Shown here: positions 7,770-16,826 of the stretch, piece by piece
Layout of the letters: each line of letters begins with the position of its first letter
Position numbering within the stretch: the stretch's first letter is position 1
Assembly: GCA_964469645.1 (NCBI GenBank)
Contig: CAYXZV010000004.1
Coordinates: 308 to 64,307 of the forward strand
Length of the DNA stretch: 64,000 bases
Reading direction: 5' to 3'
From: an uncultured Methanosarcinales archaeon
GTDB lineage: Archaea; Nanobdellota; Nanobdellia; Woesearchaeales; GW2011-AR4
Notes under the pieces: generated by a model
The model's input: only the letters and a program-made list of their open reading frames with translations
Databases searched by the model: none
Told to the model about the DNA's origin: nothing
Translations under genes and position numbers: made by a program

Positions 7770-8741
7770 ATGGCGATTGCATTAAATGTTTTAGAGGAGC
7801 AGAAGGACCTTAAGGACAAGAAAAGGTTTAATGAGGGCTATAGGCTAGTGGGAAAACATTCTGCTGTTAAAGTATGCGCTTACTGCAAGAAAGCCATTAC
7901 CGGCAAGGATGTCTGCTACAAAAATACTTTTTATGGCATTGAATCATGGAGGTGTGTGCAGATGTCTCCTACATTCTTTTGTGACCATAGGTGTGTTTTC
8001 TGCTGGAGAGACATAGAATATGTGTGGCCAAAGTGGCAAGGTCCTGTTGATGATCCTAAAGATATTGTAGACGGATGCATAAAAGCGCATGTTGAGCTGT
8101 TGCAGGGCTTTAAAGGAAATTCTGAGGCTATAGCTGAAAAAGTAAAGGAGATGGGAAAGCCATTGCACTTTGCCATTAGTCTTACTGGTGAGCCTACAAT
8201 GTATCCTAAATTGCCGGAGATGATTGATTATATCAAGAGTAAGGGTATGACTGCTTTTTTGGTTACTAATGGTACAATACCAGATATGGTTGAGAAGTTA
8301 GTTGACCATCAGCCTACGCAGCTGTATATTTCCGTTTATGGTTGCAATAAGGAGATGCATCAGCGCACTGCAAATCCAATAACAAAGGATGCATGGGAGA
8401 AGTTGCAGAAAAGTTTGTCAATGATTAATAAGTTTGACAGGAATGTAATGAGGCTTACTTTAGTTAGGGGATTTAATTTCATGGATCCTAAAGGCTATGC
8501 TCAGTTGATTGATAAGTATAAACCAATGTTTGTTGAGGCTAAAGGATACAGTCATATTGGACACAGCCAAGAAAGGTTAGAAGTCCAAAATATGCCTTAT
8601 CATCATGAAATCCTGGAGTTTGCTAAGAAGATAGAAGAGAATTCTTCATATAAGGTAATTGATTCAAAAGAAGAAAGCAAGGTTGCTTTGCTTGCGAGAA
8701 AAGATTTTGATGGCCGTAAGATGGATTTCGAAGGGCTTTAG
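7770..8741 (+). CDS. taw1: tRNA 4-demethylwyosine synthase (radical SAM, Taw1/TYW1)
   Basis: Radical-SAM motif CDHRCVFCW, an N-terminal Cys cluster (CAYCKK...C) and the typical LTGEPTMYP are present. Confidence 0.8.
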   Translation: MAIALNVLEEQKDLKDKKRFNEGYRLVGKHSAVKVCAYCKKAITGKDVCYKNTFYGIESWRCVQMSPTFFCDHRCVFCWRDIEYVWPKWQGPVDDPKDIVDGCIKAHVELLQGFKGNSEAIAEKVKEMGKPLHFAISLTGEPTMYPKLPEMIDYIKSKGMTAFLVTNGTIPDMVEKLVDHQPTQLYISVYGCNKEMHQRTANPITKDAWEKLQKSLSMINKFDRNVMRLTLVRGFNFMDPKGYAQLIDKYKPMFVEAKGYSHIGHSQERLEVQNMPYHHEILEFAKKIEENSSYKVIDSKEESKVALLARKDFDGRKMDFEGL

Positions 8742-9340
8742 ATTTTTATAACCTTTCCATAAGGTCCTGGATTGAGGATATGTGTTTTCTTTATGTGGTC
8801 TTTTTTGTTGAAGTTTTCATGTAAGTGTCCGCATATGTATAAATCAATTTTATTTCTTGATACAAAATTCCTGAAAGTCTTGTTTCCGCAATGGCTTCCA
8901 ACTATAAGGTCAAGTTTTGTCTTATATGGTGGTGCATGCGTGATCAATATTATTCTCTTGTTCTTGTTTTTTCTTATTATCTTCTGGAACCTTTCTCCGG
9001 TTTTGTAGAAATCTGGCTCTATCAATGAGAAACCAGAGCCGCCGTAACCGAAAAAGAGGTGGTTATTATATTTGTAATATTTTTTGTGTATGAAAATAAG
9101 ATTTTTGTATCTTTGACATAATTTTTTCAGAACTTTATCTGTTTCATGGTTTCCATGAATCATTAATACTGTTTTGTTTAGCTTGTTTAGCTTCTTCAAT
9201 ATGAAATCCAGGCCCTGCTCAAAGATGGAAACATCTCCTGCGCATATTAATAAATCTGGTTTCTGTTTTTTTACCTTTTCTTTTATTTTTTTGAATGCAT
9301 ATGATGATAAGTGCAAGTCTGTGAATGCAAGAATTTTCAT
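8738..9340 (-). CDS. Metallophosphoesterase (calcineurin-like)
   Basis: FTDLHLS, GDVS, HGNHE and GHLHE motifs are present. Confidence 0.8.
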   Translation of the reverse strand: MKILAFTDLHLSSYAFKKIKEKVKKQKPDLLICAGDVSIFEQGLDFILKKLNKLNKTVLMIHGNHETDKVLKKLCQRYKNLIFIHKKYYKYNNHLFFGYGGSGFSLIEPDFYKTGERFQKIIRKNKNKRIILITHAPPYKTKLDLIVGSHCGNKTFRNFVSRNKIDLYICGHLHENFNKKDHIKKTHILNPGPYGKVIKI

Positions 9341-9472
9341 TTTTAAGTTTTAGTTTTCGGTTATATATAAATGTTTGTGTGATTACTAATTAATAGTGAA
9401 ATATGGAAAGGTTTATAAAGTAGTTTTTAGTGCTACATCTTATTATTAAAACAAAGTTTATGGTGGTTTGAA

Positions 9473-10954
9473 TTGACACAGGAGGATTTAGTAGAACGTG
9501 TAATGGAATTATTTAGTAGTTATAGTCCTCCTGAAGAAGGAGATAAATTAACAAACCATTTAGCTCATACTGGACTCTTAAATATCTACCTTAGTCTTAT
9601 TCAACATAATATGCAGGGTACATTTACCCCACATGAGTATCTTCCTGATGAATTCAAGCCTTTTCTTGAGGGTTTATCTGTTGGTTCATTAACGAGGGAA
9701 GAGCTAGTTAGTAACACTCTTGCACATATTACTGCAAGAGAAGATTTTGTAAGAAGGGCCAAGCGAGAGCCGGACTGGTTTAAAGCGGCTATCCAAAAAC
9801 TTCTTGGATATGAAATGGATCCTTTTAAAGACCCTGAAACAGGTATTTCGAGGGAAGATATGTCCTATGAAGAGAGACTTCATACAGAAGTTACTGCTCA
9901 GGTTGCTTCTGAGATTATGCCTGATTTGTGGAGAGATGTTTCTATTAGATTTGCAGAAAGAGGAGAAAAAGGGAAGTATCTTATTGGTTTCGGATCTTCT
10001 TGGCAGGCCATCTTCAAGAGATTAAAGGAAGCCCCAGATAATCCAGAGGCGTTTAAAAAAGCACAAGTTAACTGGAGAAACCTGGGATTTCATGCTTTAA
10101 GCTTTTTTGATTTACAATCATTGGATAGGCTCGTTCAGGATGGTGATGTTTTTGGTGATACAACTATAGTAGGGGGTTATCCCCGGATAGCAGATGCAGA
10201 TGTACATGCATATCAGCTTTTAAGATTTGGTTATGACACCGCTGAGCCACGCCGTAATCCGATTCTACATCAATTTCCTTTAATTAGAGATGGATCCAGA
10301 AAACAAAAATTATACAGGGAAGGTCAAAGCATTGCTTCAATAACCATTGTTGATCACTTTGATCCCCTTAAAGGGCTAGAATATGTTGTACGGCATGTAG
10401 ATGGTACAATAGCTGTTGGGAAAGTATTTTTGCGAGAAGAAGATTGGCGCTTTATAATTACTCATTCTAACCAAGCAAGGTATATGATTGAAAATCCTGG
10501 ATCTACTGGTGATCCCATTTTAGGTCTTGCATTGCTTGTATCTGCTATGGGTAGGGATATGATGGTCTATAATCGTAGAGAGCGTGCTTACAGAGTTGAG
10601 CGTGGAATGCAAAAACCTTCAGAGGGTAGAAGTCCAGAACCTGTTGAAATATTGTTACCATTGACAATGTATAATTATAATATTGATCCAAGTAAAGCTT
10701 CTACAGAACATCTTAGGTTAGGGGGCATAGTTAGAGAGGTAGGACCACATTATAGGAGCCCACATAAGGTGCTATTGCCAGATGGTCAAGAGCCTTCTCA
10801 AGAAGCACTTGCACGTGCTGTAAAAGAAAGGTATCCTTTGCCTCCTGGTAATTATACATATAGAAAGGGTCATGGAGTTGTGGGTGGAGATGAAAATATG
10901 GTACAACAGTTTAGAAGCCGTTCTGCTATGGCCTATCTCTTTAGTGCAAGGTAA
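9473..10954 (+). CDS. 493-aa ORFan, non-host composition and codon usage
   Basis: TTG start with ggtgg 7 nt upstream, and TATA-like tttataaa at 9412-9419. No recognised domain. Poor in K/I/N and rich in R/P/G/H. About one third of Arg codons are CGN. Confidence 0.6.
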   Translation: MTQEDLVERVMELFSSYSPPEEGDKLTNHLAHTGLLNIYLSLIQHNMQGTFTPHEYLPDEFKPFLEGLSVGSLTREELVSNTLAHITAREDFVRRAKREPDWFKAAIQKLLGYEMDPFKDPETGISREDMSYEERLHTEVTAQVASEIMPDLWRDVSIRFAERGEKGKYLIGFGSSWQAIFKRLKEAPDNPEAFKKAQVNWRNLGFHALSFFDLQSLDRLVQDGDVFGDTTIVGGYPRIADADVHAYQLLRFGYDTAEPRRNPILHQFPLIRDGSRKQKLYREGQSIASITIVDHFDPLKGLEYVVRHVDGTIAVGKVFLREEDWRFIITHSNQARYMIENPGSTGDPILGLALLVSAMGRDMMVYNRRERAYRVERGMQKPSEGRSPEPVEILLPLTMYNYNIDPSKASTEHLRLGGIVREVGPHYRSPHKVLLPDGQEPSQEALARAVKERYPLPPGNYTYRKGHGVVGGDENMVQQFRSRSAMAYLFSAR

Positions 10955-10958
10955 AAAC

Positions 10959-12185
10959 CTAAACAGAATAATAATCTTCTAACACAACTTTATCAACATT
11001 CTCAATGTTTTTAACGATGTATAGTTTACCCTGTCCTAGTTCTGTTATTTTCTCTGCTAATTTCTTTCCTTTTTCATTTAGGTTGATTCCAACCAAAGAA
11101 ATGGTTATTCCTTTGTTTCTTGCCATGGAAACTTCCTGCAAGGTTTCTTTTTCAGGCTCTTTTCCCGTGGTTGGCAAGGCATCTGTGATTAATATCAAAT
11201 GTTTTGTTATATCGTTGTTTGGAAACAATTCTATTGATTTTTTTAATGAAGCTGCCAGATCAGTCTCTCTGGATGCTTTTGCTGACGCAATGCTTTTCAA
11301 CAGATAAGAAAAGTCCTGTGTAGGCTCGACAATTGTTTTTATATCAGAACCAAATACAATCAAACCTACTTTATCTTTTTCGTCAATTGCTTTGTAAGCC
11401 AATGCTATCCCAGCACGTTTACAAGCGTCTATCTTAGCACCTTTCATAGAACCGGATGCATCGAGAGCGTAAACAATATAACTCTGGCCTTTTGATTGAC
11501 GTTCAAAAACTTTAAGGTCTTTTTCCTGTAGTTTTTTATGACCTCTTCTGATAGCAAGCTTAGCTGATTTTTTTATTGCTATGTCCCTATATCTATCACT
11601 TTTCTTGTAAGTCCTGACATCCTCTTTTCCCCCATAAATTGAAGCACGCTTATGTATTTTTTCTCCAATAATTCCTTTTGGTATCAGTTTATCAAGCTCT
11701 TCAAAATACATAACTAGAGAAGCTAATTCAATGCCCTTGTCGGTTATCTCATCATTTTTTCCCAATAATCCTTCTTCTTTTAATTTCTCTATGTTCTTTT
11801 GGATCCTGAATTTTAACTCTTTTTGAAACTCTGGAATGTTTATGTTTTTCTTAAGGTAATCTGGATTGTAGCCAGTAGCTAATTTCAGTAAAGAAGGTCC
11901 GTAGATATGCTGGGCCATAGAGTAATTTTTTACCAATTGCTGGTAGATTAAGTCAGGTGTAAAAGAATCTAAGCCTTGATTTATTGAATCCTGGATTAAT
12001 TTTCCTTTGTCAATAGTTTCCTTGTCGTTTTCCAGGACAGAATGCATTAGTTTTCTCTCTTCTTGAGAAGAAAGTTTTCCAGTCAGCTCTTCAGCTTCCT
12101 CTTTTTCATGTATCTGCTGTTGGCTGTCAAAGTAAATCACCTTTTTTATCTTCCAGAACATCACTATCAACAATATTCTTTTCAA
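10959..12185 (-). CDS. von Willebrand factor A (vWA) domain protein, partner of MoxR-type ATPase; start uncertain (12185, 12161 or later)
   Basis: MIDAS motif YALDASGSM, with LITDALPT further on. It overlaps the 3' end of the upstream ATPase gene. Confidence 0.75.
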   Translation of the reverse strand: MKRILLIVMFWKIKKVIYFDSQQQIHEKEEAEELTGKLSSQEERKLMHSVLENDKETIDKGKLIQDSINQGLDSFTPDLIYQQLVKNYSMAQHIYGPSLLKLATGYNPDYLKKNINIPEFQKELKFRIQKNIEKLKEEGLLGKNDEITDKGIELASLVMYFEELDKLIPKGIIGEKIHKRASIYGGKEDVRTYKKSDRYRDIAIKKSAKLAIRRGHKKLQEKDLKVFERQSKGQSYIVYALDASGSMKGAKIDACKRAGIALAYKAIDEKDKVGLIVFGSDIKTIVEPTQDFSYLLKSIASAKASRETDLAASLKKSIELFPNNDITKHLILITDALPTTGKEPEKETLQEVSMARNKGITISLVGINLNEKGKKLAEKITELGQGKLYIVKNIENVDKVVLEDYYSV

Positions 12186-13059
12186 ATTGGTTCCTTATGT
12201 AATCTTCCGGACTTTGGAGATATTTTATAGAAGGCTTTAATCTTATCCTATGCGCTAAAACAGAAACAACTGCTTCTTTTATGTCATTGAATGTAACTGA
12301 TTTTCTTTTGTTCAGTAATGCGTTTGATTGTGATCTTTCATATAATCCTAATGAAGCCCGAACAGATGGCTTTTTCTCCAGGTTTTTGTCTTCTCTCAAT
12401 AATCTAACAAAATGAGTCATCAATTCCAATAGACTGTCGCTAACATCAATATTATCGATTTTGTTTCCTTTATTTACTACTATTTCTTTTTCCAGCGTAA
12501 TATTTTCCGGATAATGCATGTAGATTAAATCAAACCTATCCAATAAAACGTCGGAAAGTTTTTCTGTTGATGTGTCTTCCGGATTCATTGTCCCTATGAA
12601 GATAAAATCAATGTCAAAATCAACATCATAACTTCCAATAGTGGCTTTTTTCTCTTCAAGAACCTGGAGTAAGGCATTTTGTACTTTCTCAGGACATCTG
12701 TTTAATTCATCAAAGAATAAAATACCTTTATCTGCCTTGAATATCTTTCCTTTTGTAAAAGCTTCCAGACTTAAAGGACCGTATTTTAATGCTTTAACAG
12801 GATCTATATCTCCAAGTAAATCTTCTACAGTAAGATCTGGACTTCCCTGTACCCTAACAAAAGGCGTTTTCTTCCCTAATAGTTTTGCTATGTTTTTAGC
12901 TAGAGTTGTTTTTCCAATACCTGGCGCACCCACTAATATTATGTGCCTATCAGATAATAAAGCAGATTTTACTGCCTGCTTTGCCTTATCCTGACCTATA
13001 ATGTCATTAAAATGGTTTTTTTCCTGCAATAATGTTTTTGCGAATTCTTTTGTGTTCAT
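12127..13059 (-). CDS. AAA+ ATPase, MoxR/Mg-chelatase ChlI-like
   Basis: Walker A GAPGIGKT and Walker B ILFFDELNR are present, plus sensor regions and a typical length of about 310 aa. Confidence 0.8.
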   Translation of the reverse strand: MNTKEFAKTLLQEKNHFNDIIGQDKAKQAVKSALLSDRHIILVGAPGIGKTTLAKNIAKLLGKKTPFVRVQGSPDLTVEDLLGDIDPVKALKYGPLSLEAFTKGKIFKADKGILFFDELNRCPEKVQNALLQVLEEKKATIGSYDVDFDIDFIFIGTMNPEDTSTEKLSDVLLDRFDLIYMHYPENITLEKEIVVNKGNKIDNIDVSDSLLELMTHFVRLLREDKNLEKKPSVRASLGLYERSQSNALLNKRKSVTFNDIKEAVVSVLAHRIRLKPSIKYLQSPEDYIRNQFEKNIVDSDVLEDKKGDLL

Positions 13060-13126
13060 TTTTTTACATTATAAAGACATGAGGGTAAGTCTTGCAGTTT
13101 TATAAAGGTTGGGATTTTGTTCTTGA

Positions 13127-13714
13127 CTAAATAAATACACTAATAGAACTCATAATAATGGCGGCAACTATCGGTATCAGCAGATTATCATCTACCTTAA
13201 AGCCTTTTATCTCAAAGTCAATGCCTTCAATCAACATTGAAATCAATGAAGCAATTAATGCATATAGCCAAGGCACAAAAAGTAATGCCCCAAAAAATCC
13301 GGCAATTGCTCCTGCCATCACACCTTCAAAAAATTTTTCATTGTGGAAAGGATGTTTTAAGTATCCATATGGGCCTATAAGCCTTGAGATGGAATCACCT
13401 AATGCAAGAATCATGATGGATGCCATGGCTATCTCTTTTGGAAAAATCAAGACCACTATAAAAGCGCCAATGACATAGAACACTGCCCCTTTTCCAGGAA
13501 AGCTTTCCAGGTCTTTTTTCCTGTCAAAAACCTGCAGGAAATTATGGATTACAGGGATTTTGAATTTTCTGCTTAGGAAAGATAAGATTAATCCTGCAAT
13601 AGATAGGACAAACAATGTTGTTGCATTGATTAGGTTAAAGTAAAGTAAAACCACTATTATTATTCCAAGAAGTGCGTGGATTAGCTGCCTTTTTATCTCC
13701 AGTTTAGTTAACAT
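13127..13714 (-). CDS. Polytopic membrane protein, dolichol/polyprenol kinase (CTP-transferase 1) family
   Basis: Six or more TM helices. KRQLIHAL and LGDSISRLIG are present. Paralog of 30459-31052. Confidence 0.5.
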   Translation of the reverse strand: MLTKLEIKRQLIHALLGIIIVVLLYFNLINATTLFVLSIAGLILSFLSRKFKIPVIHNFLQVFDRKKDLESFPGKGAVFYVIGAFIVVLIFPKEIAMASIMILALGDSISRLIGPYGYLKHPFHNEKFFEGVMAGAIAGFFGALLFVPWLYALIASLISMLIEGIDFEIKGFKVDDNLLIPIVAAIIMSSISVFI

Positions 13715-13717
13715 TTT

Positions 13718-14356
13718 CTATAAAATGTACTTTATAGCCAAAAATCCCCCTATCAACAGGATAATGAATATTATTGACAACCAATTGAAGTATTTATCTA
13801 TGAAATCCTTGATTTTCGGACCGTAGAAATAAAACATCAGAGCCACTAAAAAGAATCTTGCACTTCTGGATATTGCAGATGCTATGACGAACATCAAAAA
13901 ACTGATTCCAAACAGTCCTGCGCTTATTGTGATTATTTTGTAGGGGATCGGAGTGAAGCCTGCTGTGAATACTACCCAAAAATTATAGAGTTCATATTTT
14001 GCTCCGATAAGTTCAAAAACTTCAGGTGTAAACCCGGGAATATATGAAAAAAAGAAGTTTTTCATAAGAGCCCATAATTTTAATCCTATAAAATATCCAA
14101 ATATTCCACCGAGAATTGAACCTGCTGAAGAGATCGCCGCATAAAAAAACGATTTTTTTGGCTTTGAGACTGATAATGCAATTTGCAGCACATCAGGGGG
14201 TATTGGGAAGAAGGATGATTCTGCAAAAGCCAATATGAACAGTGCTAAAGAAGAATATTTCTTGTTGGCCCATGAAAGAACCCAGTCGTAAAGCTTTCTT
14301 ATCTGCCCGAATGTGTAAAAACGGAATAATCCTAGCTTTGATTTAATGGATGTCAT
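13718..14356 (-). CDS. DedA/YqaA-family membrane protein
   Basis: ESSFFPIPPDVL motif and multiple TM helices. Confidence 0.6.
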   Translation of the reverse strand: MTSIKSKLGLFRFYTFGQIRKLYDWVLSWANKKYSSLALFILAFAESSFFPIPPDVLQIALSVSKPKKSFFYAAISSAGSILGGIFGYFIGLKLWALMKNFFFSYIPGFTPEVFELIGAKYELYNFWVVFTAGFTPIPYKIITISAGLFGISFLMFVIASAISRSARFFLVALMFYFYGPKIKDFIDKYFNWLSIIFIILLIGGFLAIKYIL

Positions 14357-15374
14357 GTTGTATATTTCCTTTTAGTTTCTTATTTGGCCAGATTTTAGAG
14401 CCCGGCTTTATTTCAACATTTTGGGCTTTTACATTATCTCCAATTACTGCTCCAAACGTTCCTATTTTTATTTCTTTGTCTTTCACGATTGAATGGACAT
14501 TTTTTCCTGCAATTATATTTCCATTGAAATGAACATTTTCACCTATAATTGAATCTTCAACAATAGAATTTTCATCAATAGTGACATTATCTCCAATTAT
14601 TGAATTTTTTATTTTTCCGTTGATTGTGCAATTGTCTCCAATAGATGAATTTGTTACTTTTCCTTGTGTTTTTGTGTTCTTTCCTATTATATTCTTTCCA
14701 TTCCTTATTTCCATGTCTGTAGACAATAAATCCCATGGGAAACTGATTTGATGGCATGAAGATGTTTTTACACAATAAATTTTATTTTTTATTGAAAGGC
14801 TTTTAATTGCGTCAGTAATCTCATATTCTCCTCTCTCAGATTTTTTTACATCTTCGAGAAGATTTATTATTTCAGTGTCAAAAGAATACAAAGCACAGCT
14901 CACTAAATCTGACACAAATTCCTTTGGCTTTTCTACTATATCCACAAGAATGTTGTTTTTTTCCTTTACAACTCCGAAAAGCTCCGGGTTTTTGACTCTT
15001 TTAACAAGAAGGGAATATTGATGCTTTGCTATCTCTTTTACATCTTTTTTTGAATAGATATTGTCCCCCATAAGGAGAAGGAACCTGTCTTTTATCTTAT
15101 CCTTAAGAATTGAAATTGCATGTCCAGTTCCAAGCTGTTTGCTTTGTTCAACAAATTTTACGTTTAAATTTGGATAGTATTTTTTAATGAAATTTTTAAT
15201 CATGTCTTTCTTATACCCTACAACTAATATTATCTCTTCTGCAGTGCCTTTCAACGCTTCAAGATTGTATTCTAGAATTGTTTTGTTGGCAGCTTTAAGC
15301 AATGGTTTTGGTCTTGTTAAAGTAAGAGGGTAAGTTCTTGTTGAGCTTCCTGCTGCTAAAATTACTGCTTGCAT
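14343..15374 (-). CDS. Sugar-1-phosphate nucleotidyltransferase with C-terminal left-handed beta-helix (GlmU/RmlA-like)
   Basis: AVILAAGSSTRTYPLTLTRPKPLL, with C-terminal hexapeptide repeats (IGDN.TI...). Confidence 0.8.
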   Translation of the reverse strand: MQAVILAAGSSTRTYPLTLTRPKPLLKAANKTILEYNLEALKGTAEEIILVVGYKKDMIKNFIKKYYPNLNVKFVEQSKQLGTGHAISILKDKIKDRFLLLMGDNIYSKKDVKEIAKHQYSLLVKRVKNPELFGVVKEKNNILVDIVEKPKEFVSDLVSCALYSFDTEIINLLEDVKKSERGEYEITDAIKSLSIKNKIYCVKTSSCHQISFPWDLLSTDMEIRNGKNIIGKNTKTQGKVTNSSIGDNCTINGKIKNSIIGDNVTIDENSIVEDSIIGENVHFNGNIIAGKNVHSIVKDKEIKIGTFGAVIGDNVKAQNVEIKPGSKIWPNKKLKGNIQHDIH

Positions 15375-15375
15375 C

Positions 15376-16614
15376 TTATATCAATTCTATTTTATTTATG
15401 TTGTCCTTAACATTAGAAGTTTTGATTGTGTCCTTTACCAGATCTTTTGCGTTGGTGAATTTTCTTTTTTCTACAGCAAAGAGCTTCTTGTTTTTTATGA
15501 ATGTCTTTTTGTGCTTTTTCTTAAACAAATCTGCATGATATTTGACATTTAACGGAGGTCCTGAGACTTCTATTGTTTTCGGCAGCTTGTCATTTTCCAG
15601 AGTATAATAGAATAAAGCTGAGGTGGAATGCCATAACATATCGCTTTCTTTTATCTTAAACCCATAGGCCATTAGTTTTTGCTCTATGAAATGAAAGGCT
15701 TTCAGCATCTTAGCTCCTGCAACATCCTCTTTCTTGTTCAATGGCTTTGCTTTGAGCATTACAAGCTTGTTTTTTCGGAATTTATTTTCTATATCTTTTT
15801 CTGTCAAAGTCTTTACTTCAAAAAAATCCTTTGACGGCTTTTTTATGAATGATGTTGCGCGGTGCTTTATGATCTCGAATTTCTCTTGGTCTAAAGCTGC
15901 TGCTGCATTCCTGTCTTTCTGCACCGGATCAATTACAATCAATGGGCTTGTCAGTTTGGATTTATTGATTTCCATCAGGACATTTTTTCCTTTGTAATAT
16001 CCTTTGACATCAATGGTTTTCTTGTCTTTCCATTTGGGTATTGCTTTTATCAGTTTTGGGAAAGATCCATAATTTATTGTCAGGATTTCACAAACATATC
16101 CTGAGAAGCCGCGGATATAGCTTTCAGCACCATAGACTTTTGCTGCCTTGAAGAACTGTTTTGTGAGCCTCACTTGGTCTATTATTTTCTTGTGTTTAAG
16201 TACAAAGATTGAGTGTAACGGAGAAACGTCTGTTATATTTCTAGCTTGCTCTGCTTTTTTTATTTCCAATATAGGCACTATCTCGAAAGTAAATTTTTGC
16301 TGCTTTATCTGGAAATAATCTCTTGAGCCATGCAATCTTGTTATCTTAAAATGCTTTTTCAGGAATTTTTCAAGGATGTCTGATAATTTATCGCTTTTAT
16401 CCTTAAACTTATTGTAATTGAATTTTACAAAGATATCCGCATCAAAAGTCTTTAGCCATGTGCCTTTCGCTCCTGAGCCGGCAAGAACAGCCTTTGCATC
16501 TTTTACATCTTTGTTTATCTTTGTTATTATGCTGTTGGCTTTGTCAAGTATTTCTTTTTCGTATTTCTCAGTTGGTTTTATCTCTTCTATTACCTCTGAA
16601 AGCAGCTTTTTCAT
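15376..16614 (-). CDS. cca: CCA-adding enzyme, archaeal class I tRNA nucleotidyltransferase
   Basis: AGSGAKGTWLKTFDADIFVKF (GSxxxxT...DxD) is present, and the 412-aa length fits. Confidence 0.85.
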   Translation of the reverse strand: MKKLLSEVIEEIKPTEKYEKEILDKANSIITKINKDVKDAKAVLAGSGAKGTWLKTFDADIFVKFNYNKFKDKSDKLSDILEKFLKKHFKITRLHGSRDYFQIKQQKFTFEIVPILEIKKAEQARNITDVSPLHSIFVLKHKKIIDQVRLTKQFFKAAKVYGAESYIRGFSGYVCEILTINYGSFPKLIKAIPKWKDKKTIDVKGYYKGKNVLMEINKSKLTSPLIVIDPVQKDRNAAAALDQEKFEIIKHRATSFIKKPSKDFFEVKTLTEKDIENKFRKNKLVMLKAKPLNKKEDVAGAKMLKAFHFIEQKLMAYGFKIKESDMLWHSTSALFYYTLENDKLPKTIEVSGPPLNVKYHADLFKKKHKKTFIKNKKLFAVEKRKFTNAKDLVKDTIKTSNVKDNINKIELI

Positions 16615-16653
16615 AGGATTTTGATATACTTGTTAATATAAAAAGATTTAGTT

Positions 16654-16779
16654 TTGTGCGCACCCGCACACTAGTGTATTGGGGTGTCTACGACACCCCG
16701 AGACGGCTCAGAATGCCGCAGTTTCGGGATGTCTTTGACATCCCCAGACGCTGTTTTACGGGCACGTAAAATTTTACGA
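16654..16779. repeat. GC-rich modular hairpin repeat, longest copy (family A/B/C)
   Basis: Hairpins GTGCG-cacc-CGCAC (16656-69), GGGGTGTC-tac-GACACCCC (16681-99) and GGGATGTC-ttt-GACATCCC (16726-44). Also TACG-ggca-CGTA and the palindrome CGTAAAATTTTACG. Confidence 0.8.
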
Positions 16780-16826
16780 TAACTATTTATATGTGTTTTT
16801 TTGTAAAGAGTTGAAGAGGTGTATGA

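Noticed and set aside
12641-13478. ORFs 12641..12994 (+) and 13158..13478 (+)
   Set aside because: They lie antisense to the MoxR ATPase and to the dolichol-kinase-like membrane protein, with no independent support.
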